DNA of 63,127 nt, counting the filler, from Basidioascus undulatus (taxonomy: Eukaryota), in assembly GCA_000826855.1 (NCBI GenBank). It is 5 parts of 5 records of this genome, joined end to end, with 100 filler letters (N's around TTAATTAATTAA, not from the genome) between each part and the next. Parts side by side here need not be neighbours in the genome. Positions count along the whole stretch, not along the records: positions 1 to 12,560 come from JTLS01000893.1; 4 more parts are not named here. One strand, 5' to 3'. The notes below the pieces were generated by a model. That model was not told the DNA's origin. It ran no database searches and worked only from the letters and a program-made list of their open reading frames with translations. This document shows positions 1 through 12,660 of this stretch, piece by piece. A program made the position numbers and the translations under genes. Positions within the stretch are counted from its first letter, which is position 1. Every line of letters begins with the position of its first letter.

Positions 1-320
1 GGTCGGACGGTAGACGACACGGGGTGTCCCTCCCACTTTCGTCGACGAGTACTACAGCGACTCACATTCTAGAATGCTAACACGGCTGCCCGACTTGCCT
101 CACCCACCTCCCTTTCGCCAACTGTTGAAGCAGGCCAGAAAACACTGTCCGAAAGATATGCACAGTTAGTTTGTCTCGAAAGATCTCGTTCGAGCACCTT
201 GTGTTCTTGCCTACCCCAAGTCCACCTGGCCTGCCTCGAAGAGTTCTGGCCGCCCCACAGAAGGCTGTTACCACCAACGAAAGTGTGCCGGTGGAAATAA
301 CAAATGAACATCGCCTGAGT

Positions 321-1197
321 TATCTAAAGAAATCGGGCGGCAAGTTTTGTTGTCGGAGATCCCACTGAAGGGAACGATCTGGGGTTTGGCGGCGTCGGTT
401 GGCCGTGGTGACTTTCTTTCGCACTGGCCAGTCGCTTACCCAGGTCTTCCGGCTTCTCTTGCACCACCTGTAAACCATCGATTAGAATCAGATGACTTCG
501 AGAGGTATGTCTTAAGCTCTGAAACTCCCGACGCACCGAATGTCCCGCACCGGGGATGCGAACGTTGCGGCTGTTCGGAGCGCGCCAGACCATGTCCTGG
601 ACGGCCTCTTCGCCTCCTCCCTTGAACAACACAATCTCTGTAAGCATGCACTGTCTTATATAGGACACAATCATCTATGTAGAAAACGCGCACAAGAAAT
701 CCTCCTCCCCCGGTCCCGCCATAACCCACCGCTTCGGCAGTGACGCTGCAGCCTCGCCATCCCCGACGAGCCGCAGCCATACCTCGTGCAGCGTGCAGTC
801 GTCCGCGTAAACCGCGGCTTCGTAAAGAGGGGGCGGGGTGAGCTCCACGCTCCCGTCGGGTAGGACGGGGAGGTTGTGGAAGATGTAAAGCTTTACCCGG
901 GTGGAAGCTCTGGAAGATGGGGGAGGCAGCGAGGTAGCGGCGGGCGGTTTCCCTGAAGAGAAATAGGGCTTGTGATGAGCTGGGTCATTGCGGGAGGAGA
1001 TGGTTGAACGGGGAGTTTGTAGACATACAGCGAAGGCCAGACAGACCGCCGTGCGAGAACTCGTCTTGGGAGGGCCCGAGACGCGCCTACCAGGGTGAAA
1101 CGATGCGTCCGGTAGAGAGGGCGGAGGTGCGCCAATGGCCGGCTCGATGAGGATCAAGGATGAGAACAGGGAGGGTACAGTGAAGGCAGCGAGAGAA
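321..1197 (-). pseudogene. alpha/beta-hydrolase fold gene remnant, 5'-truncated and frameshifted
   Basis: Spliced pieces SLAAFTVPSLFSSLILIEP, LARRSVWPS, FQSFHP/VKLYIFHNL, YEAAVY and RIPGAGHS-VVQEKPEDL resemble fungal Abhydrolase_6 C-terminal motifs. They lie in different frames without splice sites to join them. No GHSxG nucleophile exon is visible between 1200 and the UTP18 start. Confidence 0.65.
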
Positions 1198-1801
1198 CTG
1201 GGGTGGACGCAGTGTCAGTCGCCGGACCGCTCGGGTCATCCGAGACCACGTGCGTGATTGTTCCGGTCTAGTTGCTTCTTTCATTCAGGAGCTGCAGAAT
1301 TCGGGGGATTCTTTGGTTGGGGCTTGTCTGTAAAGGGCGTTCAAAGTATGCAGACCTAGTGATCCTCGACGGTTGCGTGCCCTCTGCAGCTGACCTTCAG
1401 TGCGTATGCCCTGGTTGAAAGTCGCTTTTCCTGAGTTTGTTTTTGTTATCGTGTCTTTGCATCACAACCGAGGTCGTGGAGTGTCGTGTCAGAGCAAGAT
1501 GGGCAGGCGGGACACCATCGAGCACATGTTCCAATTCGGCCAATGTTGAGGCTTAGGCCCATGTGACTTTCTACTGGTCTTCAGAAATGTAATGAAAAAC
1601 TACAATTTCAGAGCATCTTTTCCTATAAGAGCGGTGAACTATGCAGGGGAGTCGGAAAGAGGAAAGTGGGTTTTAAGGGTGTTGCCTGAGAATTGCCTTC
1701 GACCGAAAGCCCTGGGCAAAGTCCGACAGAAATCTGGCTTGTTCCTGGTCTTCCTCTCACTGCAACACCCAAACCCCCTACTTCTGTCACTTCGCTCTAT
1801 A

Positions 1802-3986
1802 ATGCCGTCGAAGCCCGACCGAAAGCGTCAGCGCACATCCGCCGCGACCAGCGCTCCCGCTCCCCCCATCCCGCTGGGAGCGCGGCGCGACAATGAGGCG
1901 GCCAAGGACGACGAGGAGCGCGCGCTCGAGGCTGCGCTGTTCGGCAAACCGTTCGTGCCTCGCAAGGGCAAGGCCGCCGCTTCGGCAGCGGCGGAGGATG
2001 AGGAGGACGGGTATGATGCTATGGAGGGCGTGGAGGATGACCAGGTGCGTCTCTGGGCGAGCGAGAAGCCACTGGGCGAGCGAGAAGCCAGCAGAAGACC
2101 GTTGTTCCGGGGTGCTGATCGAACACTGCGGGATTCAGCTCTTCTTTGTGGATGCGCCGACGGCAGGTATCCTCGATGGCGAGGCGCCGAGCTACCTCCC
2201 GCAAGAAACTCCTTCGGCCTCTGGCTCGTACGACGAGGGCGAGGACGACGAGGGCGAGGACGACGAGGGCGAGGACGAGGACGACCAGAACGCGCCTCCC
2301 CCCGGAATCGACTTCAAGGTCGACTACGAAGCCTCCTCCGCATCCTCCTCAGCTTCCTCCGATTCCGACGCCTCGTCTTCCGATTCCGAATCCGACGACG
2401 ACCACGAGCCCCATCCTGTCCCTGTCCCCGCCCCCTCCTTCCCCCTCACGTCTTCCAAAAAGCGCACTTCCGTCTGGCACGACCCCTCGGACGCGCAGAT
2501 CGCCGTCTCGCTGCAGGACGACAAGCGGCTGCGGAAGCTCCGACGGGAGGCTGCGGAGGATGTTATTGATGGACGAGACTACGAGATGCGGTTGCGAGAG
2601 AAGTGAGTGGTTCAACGGGCTTTGGGAGGGCGAGAACGCAGGGCTGACAGGCGCGGCACACCTGCGCTCCGCAAGGTACGAGGCCATCAACCCCGCTCCG
2701 GCATGGGCGTCTGCTCTCCGCGCGAAGCGGAAGAAGGCTCCGCGCGCGACGTCCTCTGATGAGGAGGATGTCGAGGACGAGGATCTCTTCACGACTGCGG
2801 GCGTGTCGCTGTCTGTGCGCCGGTCGAAGCTCAAGCAGGGCGAGCTCGCCGTCGAACGTCAGCGCGACGCCAACCACGCAGCCCCGTCCAAAGCGCCCAT
2901 CAGCGCGGTCGAATTCCACTCGCGCGTCGCGGGCGTCATGCTCGTTGCGCAGGCGGATCGGAGACTGCGTCTTTTCAATGTGCGTCTTCCCGTGAACTTT
3001 CCGTTTGTGCGGACGGGTCCTGAGAATGCTTTTCCCTCATTGCAGGTCGACGGCGCGACCAATCCGCTCCTCCAACAAGTGCACATCCCCGACCTGCCCC
3101 TCTCCACCGCCACTTTCCACCCTCACCACCCCTCCGTCCTCCTCACCGGCCCGCGCCCCTTCTACTACACGTACGACCTCCAATCCGGCAATGTCTCCCG
3201 CTCCATCTGGACGCGCGGGCGCGCCTCGTCCTCCTCCACCTCCGCCGAAGGCCTCGGCATGGAGCTTGCGCGCTTCAGCCCCGACGGCGCGTCGCTTGCC
3301 GTCGCCGGGCGGCGCGGACACGTCCACTTGGTGGAATGGGGACGCGGCGGCGGGGAGGCGGTCGGCAGCGTCAAGATGAACAAGCCCGTCCGCGGGATGT
3401 GCTGGGCGAGGGAGGGGAAGGAGCTGGTAACCGTCGCGGAGGATGCGGAGGTGTATCTGTGGGATGTCGGGATGCGGCGGTGTATCAGACGGTGGACGGA
3501 CGACGGCGGGTTCGGACCGACCGCGATCGAAAGCTCGCGGAGTGATGGATGGACTGCTGTCGGGTACGACACTCCCTCTGCTCATCCCTTTCTCTCAATC
3601 GCCGTTTTGCTGACATTTCATGTCGGCACAGCTCCAAATCCGGCATCGTAAACGTCTACGACTCGCCCTCGCTCCTCTCCCCGCGCCCGACGCCGCGCAA
3701 GTCCCTCGGAAACCTCACGACGACCATCAGCTCGCTCCGCTTCGACCCGACATCGCAGATGCTCGCGCTCGCGAGCAAGGACAAGAAGGACCAGCTCCGC
3801 GTCGTGCACCTCCCGAGCCTGACGACGTTCTCGAACTGGCCGACGCCGGGCACGCCGCTCGGCAAGGTCACGAGCTTGGATTTCAGCAGCGCGAGCGAGT
3901 GGCTCGCGGTGGGAAACGCGAAGGGCGCGGTCAGGCTGTACGCGCTCAAGCACTTCAGGGACCGGGCGGCAGCGGCAGCGGTGTAG
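1802..3986 (+). CDS. UTP18: U3 snoRNP/SSU processome WD40 protein Utp18 (5 exons)
   Basis: KDDEERALEAALFG; WHDPSD..VSL..DKRLRKLR...IDGRDYEMRLREKYEAINPAPAWA; WD repeats; C-terminal KDQLRVVHLPSLTTFSNWPTPGTPLGKVT. Four GT-AG introns give a continuous frame. Confidence 0.93.
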
Positions 3987-4619
3987 AGGTGGGAGGGGCA
4001 TCTTGCATTCCATTCATAAGCATTCGCAGATATCCTCTTCTGCTTCGCCTGTGCCCCCAAGGCGCCTTGGCCCTTAAAGATTGTGCCTTCATGATCCATG
4101 TTGGAATGAGAAGACCGAGAGTGCAAGTTTGCCCTTGGCGCCATTCGAAAGTCGATCTCGATCACTGAGTGCACACGTGAACCCAAAAGGCGGTATCTTC
4201 CCACGTCCTCCTTCCCCGGCTTATCCGGACCGCTTGTAACCGTCCAAACTCCAAAATGCTCATCTCGCCCACCTGACCAATTTTTGTACATTCAATGCAT
4301 CAGCTGAGAACATGCAGTTTCTCCACCAAGCTCGTGGCCCCCCGTGTCAGGGCCAAGCGCTAGCCGAGGTTGAAGGTGAAAGGCTATGATCGCCAGACTG
4401 CGCCTGCTGTGCCCGGCCCAACGGGCTCCCGTCTCTTGGGCCGGACGTGCACACATCAGCAGCAAGACCGAGTGCTGGGACCTGATCTAGTGCGCTTGGC
4501 CCGAGGAGAAGAAAAGGAAAACGCGAGGAGACAGCAGGTTGATCGTCGACCACCACCACCCACTACCACAGCTCTCTCGATCCGTCCATCATACACACTA
4601 CCTTTCATATCGAGCACAC

Positions 4620-7600
4620 ATGGAGCATCATCAACGTTCCGCCTACCTCGAGAAGCCGGAGCTGGCGCAGGTCGAGCATATTATAACGCCGTCGTCTCGA
4701 CCGTCGACAGGCGAGCTCAAGGCGAGCAGCAATGCCGCTACCGATACGGAGGAGTACGACCTCAGCGTCCTGAACATTAACGAGGAGGAGGAGCGTCGCA
4801 TCTGGAGAAAGTGCGACATGCACTTGATGCCCATTCTAGCAATTCTCTGTGAGTCGTGCGAGTTGCATTGGAGGGATGCGCCTGCTGATTGCCGTCGGTC
4901 GCTGCCGCACACACAGACTTGCTCTCTTTTATGGACCGGTGTGCATGCTACCTTCATCTACCTTCATTAAATTCAGGTTTACTAAAGTGGTATGATAACA
5001 AGGTCTGCGATCGGAAACGCCCGCATCGAAGGCTTGATGACGGGTGAGTGGTTGCACAACGTCGACGTCGCGTTCACTTCGAGCTGAAATTGCCCACCCT
5101 CTTCCTTAGACCTCAACCTCACTTCTAGCCAATACAACATTTGTTTAACGACGTTCTTTATATGTAGGCAAACTGGAAGTGTGGTGGCAATTACAGGAGA
5201 TTGCGCTGACCCTTGGCTCGCCAACGCGATTTCCGCCAGCTTACTGCGTCTTTGAGGTACCCGCCAACATCGCAATGAAGCTCTTTCGGCCATCCATCTG
5301 GCTCCCCTCCTTAACCTTTATTTGTATGTGCCAGGACTAGAGCTCTGGGAAGCAGTGAGGCGCGAAGCCATCCGCTGACTGCCTTGGTGTCGGGCAGGGG
5401 GCGGCGTCATGCTTGCGACCGGATTTGTGGAGTCGTACACTGGACTGATTATGGCTCGGTAAGCATCTAATATATCTGAAGTCCCAACCTAAACCATTGG
5501 CCACTGAACGGACCGTCTATGATCTCCAGGTTCGCGCTGGTACGTGACAACTGCAGAGGAGCACCGCCCGGCAGCCCTGCCCCGAACAACTGAGCTGAAC
5601 GGAGGGTCACGATTTCCAGGGCATCGCCGAAGCTGGCTTGTTCCCCGGAGTAGTGTACTACTTGACCATGTAGGCATCATTAGTATCCATATCCATCATC
5701 AACGCTATGCTGATACCTTCCGGTTCAAAGGTGGTACCCGCGCCACAAGGTGCGCTTTGCCTTCTTCAACCCCCGACTTTGTGCTACTGCTGACGTGAGT
5801 TTCCACACAGGTTCAATACCGGCAAGTGCTTAATGAATATTCTCCGACAATCCAGGGAGCTAATATTGATGAGCCTTTGCAGCATTGGTCTCTTCTTTGG
5901 TACGTCGGCACGGCTTGAGCTCAAGAATTTTCACTCAACCATTTGCCTTTTCCAGCCGCTGCCACGGTTGCTGGAGCTGTAAGTCTCCTCATCAATAACC
6001 CTTGTCTAGAAGATGTCTGATCCCAGACGGACCTGCAGTTTACCGGCTTGCTGGCGTTCGGCATTGGCCACATGGCTGGGACTGCTGGCCTCGGAGGCTG
6101 GGTGAGTCGTTCGGGTGTCTCAATCATCGGATACGCGTATTGAACAAGCGAGCCCGTATAGTCCTGGATCTTTATCATCCTGGGGCTTATCACATGCGCT
6201 GCGTGAGTCATTCGTGTGCTTAGATTGTGTGGCAGCCAAGCTGATCCGGCGGACGTTGACTCTCAGATCTGTCCTTGCATGGTTCATGCTTTACGACTAC
6301 CCGCAGACCGCAAAGTTTTTGACTGAGGAGGAGCGACGCTGTAAGACCATGGTTTCGGTATTACGGGCTTCCGGCTGTTCTAACAGGCGGCCGGCAGACA
6401 TCATCACTCGCAAGCATCACGATGCAGGTAAAGGTGGCGAGTCGTCGTCTTTCCGCTGGAGTTACGTGTGGTGTGCCTTCACCGACTGGCAGGTGCGTCG
6501 TTATGCACGCTTAAGCAAGATTGATAGACCTATTGAAGTGTTTCTGGATCCAGATTTGGCTTCAGATTCTGCTTTACTTCGGCATCATCACGCCTCTTTA
6601 CAGCATCGGTCTTTCACTGCCGTCGTTCATTCAAGGTAGGCCGTTTTCCACAACATGTTGCGCGACTCTTAGTAACCGGAAACTACGAAGCCTTCGAATT
6701 CTCCCGACCCACCACCCAACTATTGACGTGAGTGCGCCCTTACTGTTTCTCTACTCAATGCGCTGATTGACATTCGCATTAAAAGCGTTCCGGTCTACGC
6801 CGTTGCATGCTGTAACGTCGTCCTGTTCGCGCACTACAGCGATAAGACCAAGCGTCGTGCACCTTTCGCGATCGCCGGCCTGACCCTCGGCTTGATCGGA
6901 TTCACTATCGCGGCCGCGCAGGATAAGGCTGGGCCATCCTACGCAGGCATGTTCCTTGCAGCGAGTGGCATCTACGCTGCTTTCCCATGCATTGTGGCTT
7001 GGTGAGTGGTTCGTCTTGTGAGGTACCTTTCACAAACCACACTGACATTCGGATACAGGGTCGGGAACAACCTTGCGCCTGATGTGAGCTGCCCCGGCGG
7101 ATGTTCATCACCAATTTGCTTACACAAATTCGTGAATGCAGCTCAAGCGGGGAGCTGGGATGGCCCTTCACATTGGTACGCGCTCTCATGTCCGTGACAA
7201 TCGGAACTTGAAATGCTGATATGCCTTTTCCAGGTGTCGGAAATTTCGCTGGGTAAGCGGTAGACTATTCAGTGCACCTTGTACCGCACTCACTTCTTGT
7301 TCCTTTCAACAGCGCTTTTGCAAGCAACATCTACCGCGCCCGTGATGCCCCGCGCTACTACCTTGGACACGTAAGTGTATCGTTTGTTGTTGCAGAGGGT
7401 GCGAATTCAGCTGATCAATTGCACTTTCGCGCGCCAGGTCACCGTTCTCGGGTTCATCTCCATGGGACTCGTCGTTGCCCCGCTTCTCTGGTTCTTGCTT
7501 GACCGGATCAACAAGAAGCGTGATCGGCAAGTTGCAGAGGAGGAAATCTTGCTCACCGACGAGGAATTGCGGGAATTGGGAGACCGGTATGCTTTTGCAC

Positions 7601-7691
7601 TTCCAATAATGAGGCTGGTCGTGGCGAATCACAGCTGCTGACTCTGTCGCTGTTCCCATCCAGCTCGCCGTATTTCCGTTACACTTGCTAG
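4620..7691 (+). CDS. MFS anion:cation symporter, Dal5/Tna1 (allantoate/nicotinate permease) family, about 25 exons
   Basis: Hand-spliced: WRKCDMHLMPILAILYLLSFMDRSAIGNAR, FEVPANIAMKLFRPSIWL, RFALGIAEAGLFPGVVYYLTMWYPR, DYPQTAKFLTEEER, NIYRARDAPRYYLGH, LGDRSPYFRYTC*. 24 introns, one of them GC-AG. Confidence 0.92.
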
Positions 7692-8350
7692 GCCATGACC
7701 TTTATTGCACTATACGTTGTTAGGCAAGATGTGCCGCTGGGTTCAAGTTGGTTTTTATGTACAACTGCATGTAACAGTAGAAATGAAGTGGTGACGAAGT
7801 GAACGTAATTGGCTGGTGATCAACGACCGACCGACCTCTTTCTGTTGAGAGTGAGCAAGTCAAGCGTTGACAATCTGATCACATATGGCTTTGACGACAG
7901 CAAATGAGAGAGTGTGAGGCAGATAAATCAGCTACTTGCCGTCTGATCAGTCCAATCTGTCCGGCTCGACAAATCCGGTCGCAAGTATGACGCAGCCCCC
8001 TGCCATCAAGGGAGTGGAGCCGATGGCTTCTCCTCTCACTCCTTCACGGAGCTCAAGTACTTGCCCGTGCAGATCGAAGTTGGGGAAATCAAAATGAATG
8101 TCTGAAAGAGATTCTTTGCAATGCTGGCGGGTACTGTAACCTCAAAGACGCATTCATTGGGTGTGTGCGCCGCGAACTAAGGGCAAGTAGTGCACTCTCC
8201 TGGCCATCACCTCCCTCACCCAAACAAGCACATGTCACGAAAGGAACAAGGTCGACAGATTGTACGGGGTTGCAAGTTTTGCAAAAAGATGGCGGCAAGC
8301 CCTCCGGAATAACCGCAGCGAAGTGCACAGGGGCACCTAGCAAAAAAGTG

Positions 8351-8442
8351 CGACCAGAGCAGGATTTGAACCTACGCGGGCAGAGCCCATGAGATATCAA
8401 CGATATTCGAGTCTCACGCCTTAACCGCTCGGCCATCTGGTC
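8351..8442 (-). tRNA. tRNA-Ser(CGA) with 10-nt intron
   Basis: GACCAGA/TCTGGTC acceptor stem, D arm GCCGAGCGGTTAAGGC, anticodon stem TGAGA/TCTCA with CT-CGA-A, intron TATCGTTGAT after position 37, long variable arm, GGTTCAAATCC T loop, and a T6 terminator just downstream. Confidence 0.95.
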
Positions 8443-9256
8443 CTGTGAGACACAGCTCGCGTGAAAACTAGCTACTGAGACAGGGCATTGTGAAACTTCC
8501 CTGCGCCCTCAGGTTGGGGAGCTTCAATATGTCGCTCGCCCTAAAAAATATCCTCCAGACCGGTATATCGCACAGTCTTTCATTATTTCCGACTCACTTT
8601 GATAAGCTCTTTCATGCCAATAGGGACCTATAACGCATCTCGCACTGTCAACATTGCATAGAGACCGCAAGGTGTACGCTGCTATTGTAATCTGTAGCTC
8701 CTGATTCTATGCTTGATACCAAAGGGTTCTGAGGTGGCTTCAAGTCCAGGATCTGGGAGGCTAGCTACCGTGGCCACCGGCAGGCTGCTAGACTGCTACA
8801 CAGCGCTGAAGGCTCCCACCACAGCAGAAAGAGCGAGAAAGGGCCGTCTGGTCTTGTTCAATGCTTACGTCAAGAGGAGGACCCCTGCATCCCCCACCTA
8901 TCGTGAGAGCTGTGTTCCTAAGTGCATTCCTTCCCCCCGGACGTATTCTTGCATCCGCCCAACGGACTGGCCACTGCCTACCAACAATAAAAGTTGAAAT
9001 CGGAATCGCTCGGGAAGATCAAGTCCAAACCAACCCTTCCACTTCAAAGTCTGCTGTTTCCGTGTGGCCGTCCGAATAGTTCGCACATCGGCCTACCTAA
9101 GTCTGTACATCCGCCTACTTAAGTCTGTGGGGCGATGCTTCCCTTCGACCACAACAACTATCATCTCCATTTGACAGGATAACGCGCATAAGAAACAACT
9201 TGCTCCCTCTCGCCTCTATCCAATCTACCTCGTCCTACAACCGCCCAGTCGCTGTG

Positions 9257-9829
9257 ATGGCCATTTTCAATCGCTTTTGCGTCACGGCGGTGCTGCCGCT
9301 TCTCCGCCACATTAATACCATCGTAGAACACACCTTCTTTCTCTCCGCATAACCTAGACCTGCTGTGCCTGTGAATTTTACAGGGCCTCTCAGGTGCTCG
9401 ACAACATCAGGTGCGATGCGATGCAAGTCGATGTTTCCCATTCTCGGGTGGCGAGCCGCATACTGACGGTAACCGTTGTGGTTTTCCCGCTCATAGCGAT
9501 GACCTCGACGACAACGGAACCACCGTCAAGGCATGTACCTCTGCCGGCACTCGACGGTCGACGAGCGCAGGACTGATCCGGTGGGTGACGGCGAGTCCTG
9601 TCAATTCACTACGTGCAGTTTCATGGCTAATGGTAACAACGATATCGCATCCGATATAGCCCTGTTTACCGGCTTCCTTCTTTTTATAGTTTCGATAGTC
9701 CTAGTCTTCGTGTGGCTCATCATACCTCCTTCTGTCCGAGCAGCGGTGACCCGCCAGCGCGCTCAGCTGGAAGGTCAAGGGGGGCAGCAGCCCGGAACAG
9801 ACGTGGAGATTGGCCAGGTTCAGCGCTGA
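9257..9829 (+). pseudogene. small putative secreted/single-pass membrane protein, tandem copy 1 (frameshifted)
   Basis: MAIFNRFCVTAVLPLL.. / VLDNIRCDA / hydrophobic IALFTGFLLFIVSIVLVFVWLII / GQGGQQP. Aligns with the copy at 10870 but has two small deletions, and the spliced frame hits a stop. Confidence 0.55.
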
Positions 9830-10869
9830 AGATTATTTGTACACGTTTGTGTTCCCCGTATATGTGTGATGGGGAAGCATTGTCTCATGTCGTCGTCTGC
9901 GAATGTATCGAATTCTTGCTGCGTTCACTGTCGCTGCCACATCGCCCAGTTTTGCTTCCAGGAATACTACGACAACCAACAAAATAACCTTCCCTCAAAA
10001 AGCAATAGTCTTTTTGAAATCTTTTACATTTAGTAAAAGAGAAGGCTGGCTTGTCTGTACCACTCGAAAGGCGGCATGGCGGGCCAGACGCCGGTAGGCG
10101 GTGCAGCATCGCTCGCGATGTGCGTCCTGCTTATGGAGGCCTAAACGTTCTTTAAGGTTTCTAGGCTTCTTGGTAGTTACAGGGTGGACGCATTCAAGAT
10201 CCAAACTTCCATTAGGCGAGTAGGAGGGCTGCTCAAGGTCGGCACAACCGCAGTCTGTCACGACGGCAATTTCTGCCACTCGCAGTGAGTCGGTCCGAAG
10301 AGTCAATTTCATCCTTTCTTCCCTTGCTTCCCTACATAGACACACCAGTCAGCTTAACCCTGAAGCCCACTGCCGCAGGCTGCAGCGTGTCTGGTCTCCG
10401 GCTAACTGCCTCTCGTCCGCCCGCCGCACAGATTCAATTTGTCCTCAAGCCTTCAACCATGACGGTCAAACCCATAGACCACGCCTGAAGAGTTCCTTGT
10501 CCCCTTGTCAAACCAAGCCTGTTCTGTTGTGAAGGCCGAGGCTGCAAAGAACAGTATTGCCTCATCTCTCCCACCGCATCTCTTCTTTCCGCATTCTGCA
10601 CGACCCACCCGCGCCCCCACCCTTTTCCACCCACCGCCAAGACCCCACAGACCGTCTCAATTGTCTTGGTCGGCGGTCGGGATCATCGACAGGAGCGCGA
10701 AGCGCCCGTCAGTTAGCTTGTTTAGCCACCTGCCGCAAGGGTGCCACCCTTCAACTCATTCAACAACAACCGACATCTCCATTGTACTTGTGGAATTTCA
10801 ACATAAATAGCTTGGTCCTGCTCCTTTTCCACTTACCCCGGGCCCCTACTGCATCGCCTATCCTCTGCG

Positions 10870-11413
10870 ATGGCCATCTTCAATCGTTTCTTCGCGGCGG
10901 CGCTGCCGCTCCTCCTGCTCATCAGCTCTATATCGTGAGGCAGAATTTACTGTTGGAGGAGTAACAGTTGAACATCGACCTCGTGCGTGTTCCAGGGCTG
11001 CCGAGGTTCTCGACAACATGTGGTGCGACGCCATGCAAGTCTCGTTTCTCTTCCCTCACGAGTGTTGCCCACTAGCTGATCACCCTCTTTTATACCTTCA
11101 CCTAAAAGTGAAGCGGGAGACCGCAGCGGAACCGCCGTCCAGCGCACGTCCCTCTGTCGGGAAGGCACGCCTGGCGAAAATTCGCATACCGGCGAGTCCA
11201 GTCCCATCCCATCCGCGTTCGTAATGCCGCTGAGGGGGCTGCATCTCATGGACCTAGCCGTCCGTATCCTCGTTATTTCCTTCTTCCTGGTCGCGGCTGG
11301 GGAAGCACTGTACGTCGTGGTCCTCCACCGCGCTCAGAGGGCGGCCGAACAAGGGGGGACAACAGCCTGCGGGAGGGACGGACACGCCGGACGTAGGGGC
11401 TCAGCGTGCATGA
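10870..11413 (+). CDS. small putative secreted/single-pass membrane protein, tandem copy 2 (possible +1 slip in G-run near the C-terminus)
   Basis: MAIFNRFFAAALPLLLLISSI signal-like start; exon 2 AAEVLDNMWCDA; GC-AG intron; TM-like LAVRILVISFFLVAAGEALYVVVL. One fewer G at 11353-11358 restores the paralogous EQGGQQP...QRA* end. Confidence 0.5.
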
Positions 11414-12560
11414 TTGTTGTACAAAATCTGGAGAAAAGTTTCCGTGATAGGGGAAGAAGAGTCCTACCGTGCTGTTTGCGAACGCTTGAAATCCTCGCTG
11501 CAGCTTCGGCCATTTTATCCCTGACAATCCGCACCTTCAATATTTTATTCGGTACCACCGCCTTTCCCATCAAAGCGCACCTTTCATCTTACCGGTGTAC
11601 ACGACTGCATCCTACCCTCACTCTCACTCCCTCTCGTCCGCCCACCAAGTGCGCGAATTCAGCTTCCTCGGCCTTCGTGGGATCCACACGATGCACACAC
11701 CAGGCTAGCAACGATGATTCTTCGTTGTTCGTTTGTATTCAAGTGTGTTGGGCAGGCGGACAGAGGCAACACAGCCTTATCCCACCCGTCCTGTTCATTG
11801 GATCCCTTACCGCCGCACACCCCACACCTTTCGGTCCCGAGCGCTTCTTGCCCAGTGGTTCGGTGCACTCACTCGAGAAAGACCGAGCGCACAGACCTTC
11901 ATGCCTCCTCCTCCTGATCGACAGAGAAAGGCAACGGCGGGCCGCAAAGTGCCGCTGCCGGATCAACGGGAATATCCTCAGCGCATCGTCGCCATTCCCC
12001 GCAATTCGCCTCCCTCTCACGCCCCCTCTCCCTCTCCAGTCTCGCTCGGCGTCCCAGGGGGTACCTCAAACGCGTCGGTAGTGAGGACGATTGGGATCGA
12101 GTGTGCGTGGGTTGGGGACGGTGCGCGAGTGGGTGGGGATACGGAAGACGAGGAGGATGGGGAGGGGGAAGGGTGAGGCGGATGAAATACTATTCCCACC
12201 CCGTTACAGGTCAGCCGCAGTACGCAGCAAGGAGGAAGAGCGGCCGAGAAAGTGACGCAAAGAAACATTAACCCACTCCGTCCTAATACTCGGCAGCGGC
12301 GCCCCTCCCCCTCCCTTCCCGGACGGAGGGGGAAGCGGCAGAAGCGCTATCCATTCTCCCGGATTGGAGGTGGGGGAGAAGGGGACGGTGCACTGGTCGT
12401 GTGTGAAGGATTGGACTTGCGGGACCTGGAAGATTACTTGGCGCGGAGGGTGAGCTTGGGCGGCTGTGCGGAGGGGTGGAACGAGGAGGGAAGGCAGAGG
12501 AGGACTGGGAGTGGGGTGAGGCGTGGATCTTTTATCAATATTTCTCTTGAGTCATATGAG

Positions 12561-12660
12561 NNNNNNNNNNNNNNNNNNNNNNNNNNNNNNNNNNNNNNNN
12601 NNNNTTAATTAATTAANNNNNNNNNNNNNNNNNNNNNNNNNNNNNNNNNNNNNNNNNNNN
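12561..12660. other. artificial contig linker
   Basis: N44-TTAATTAATTAA-N44, with stops in all six frames. Confidence 0.99.

Noticed and set aside
11960..12540. Minus-strand fragments LPSIRTEW / YFIRLTL / PIVLTTD resembling an arrestin C-terminus
   Set aside because: Short, in mixed frames and cut by the contig end; too weak to call.
12561..12660. Recurring TTAATTAATTAA motif every ~12.6 kb
   Set aside because: Artificial linker inside N padding. Contigs are length-sorted, so gene neighbourhoods across linkers carry no biological meaning.
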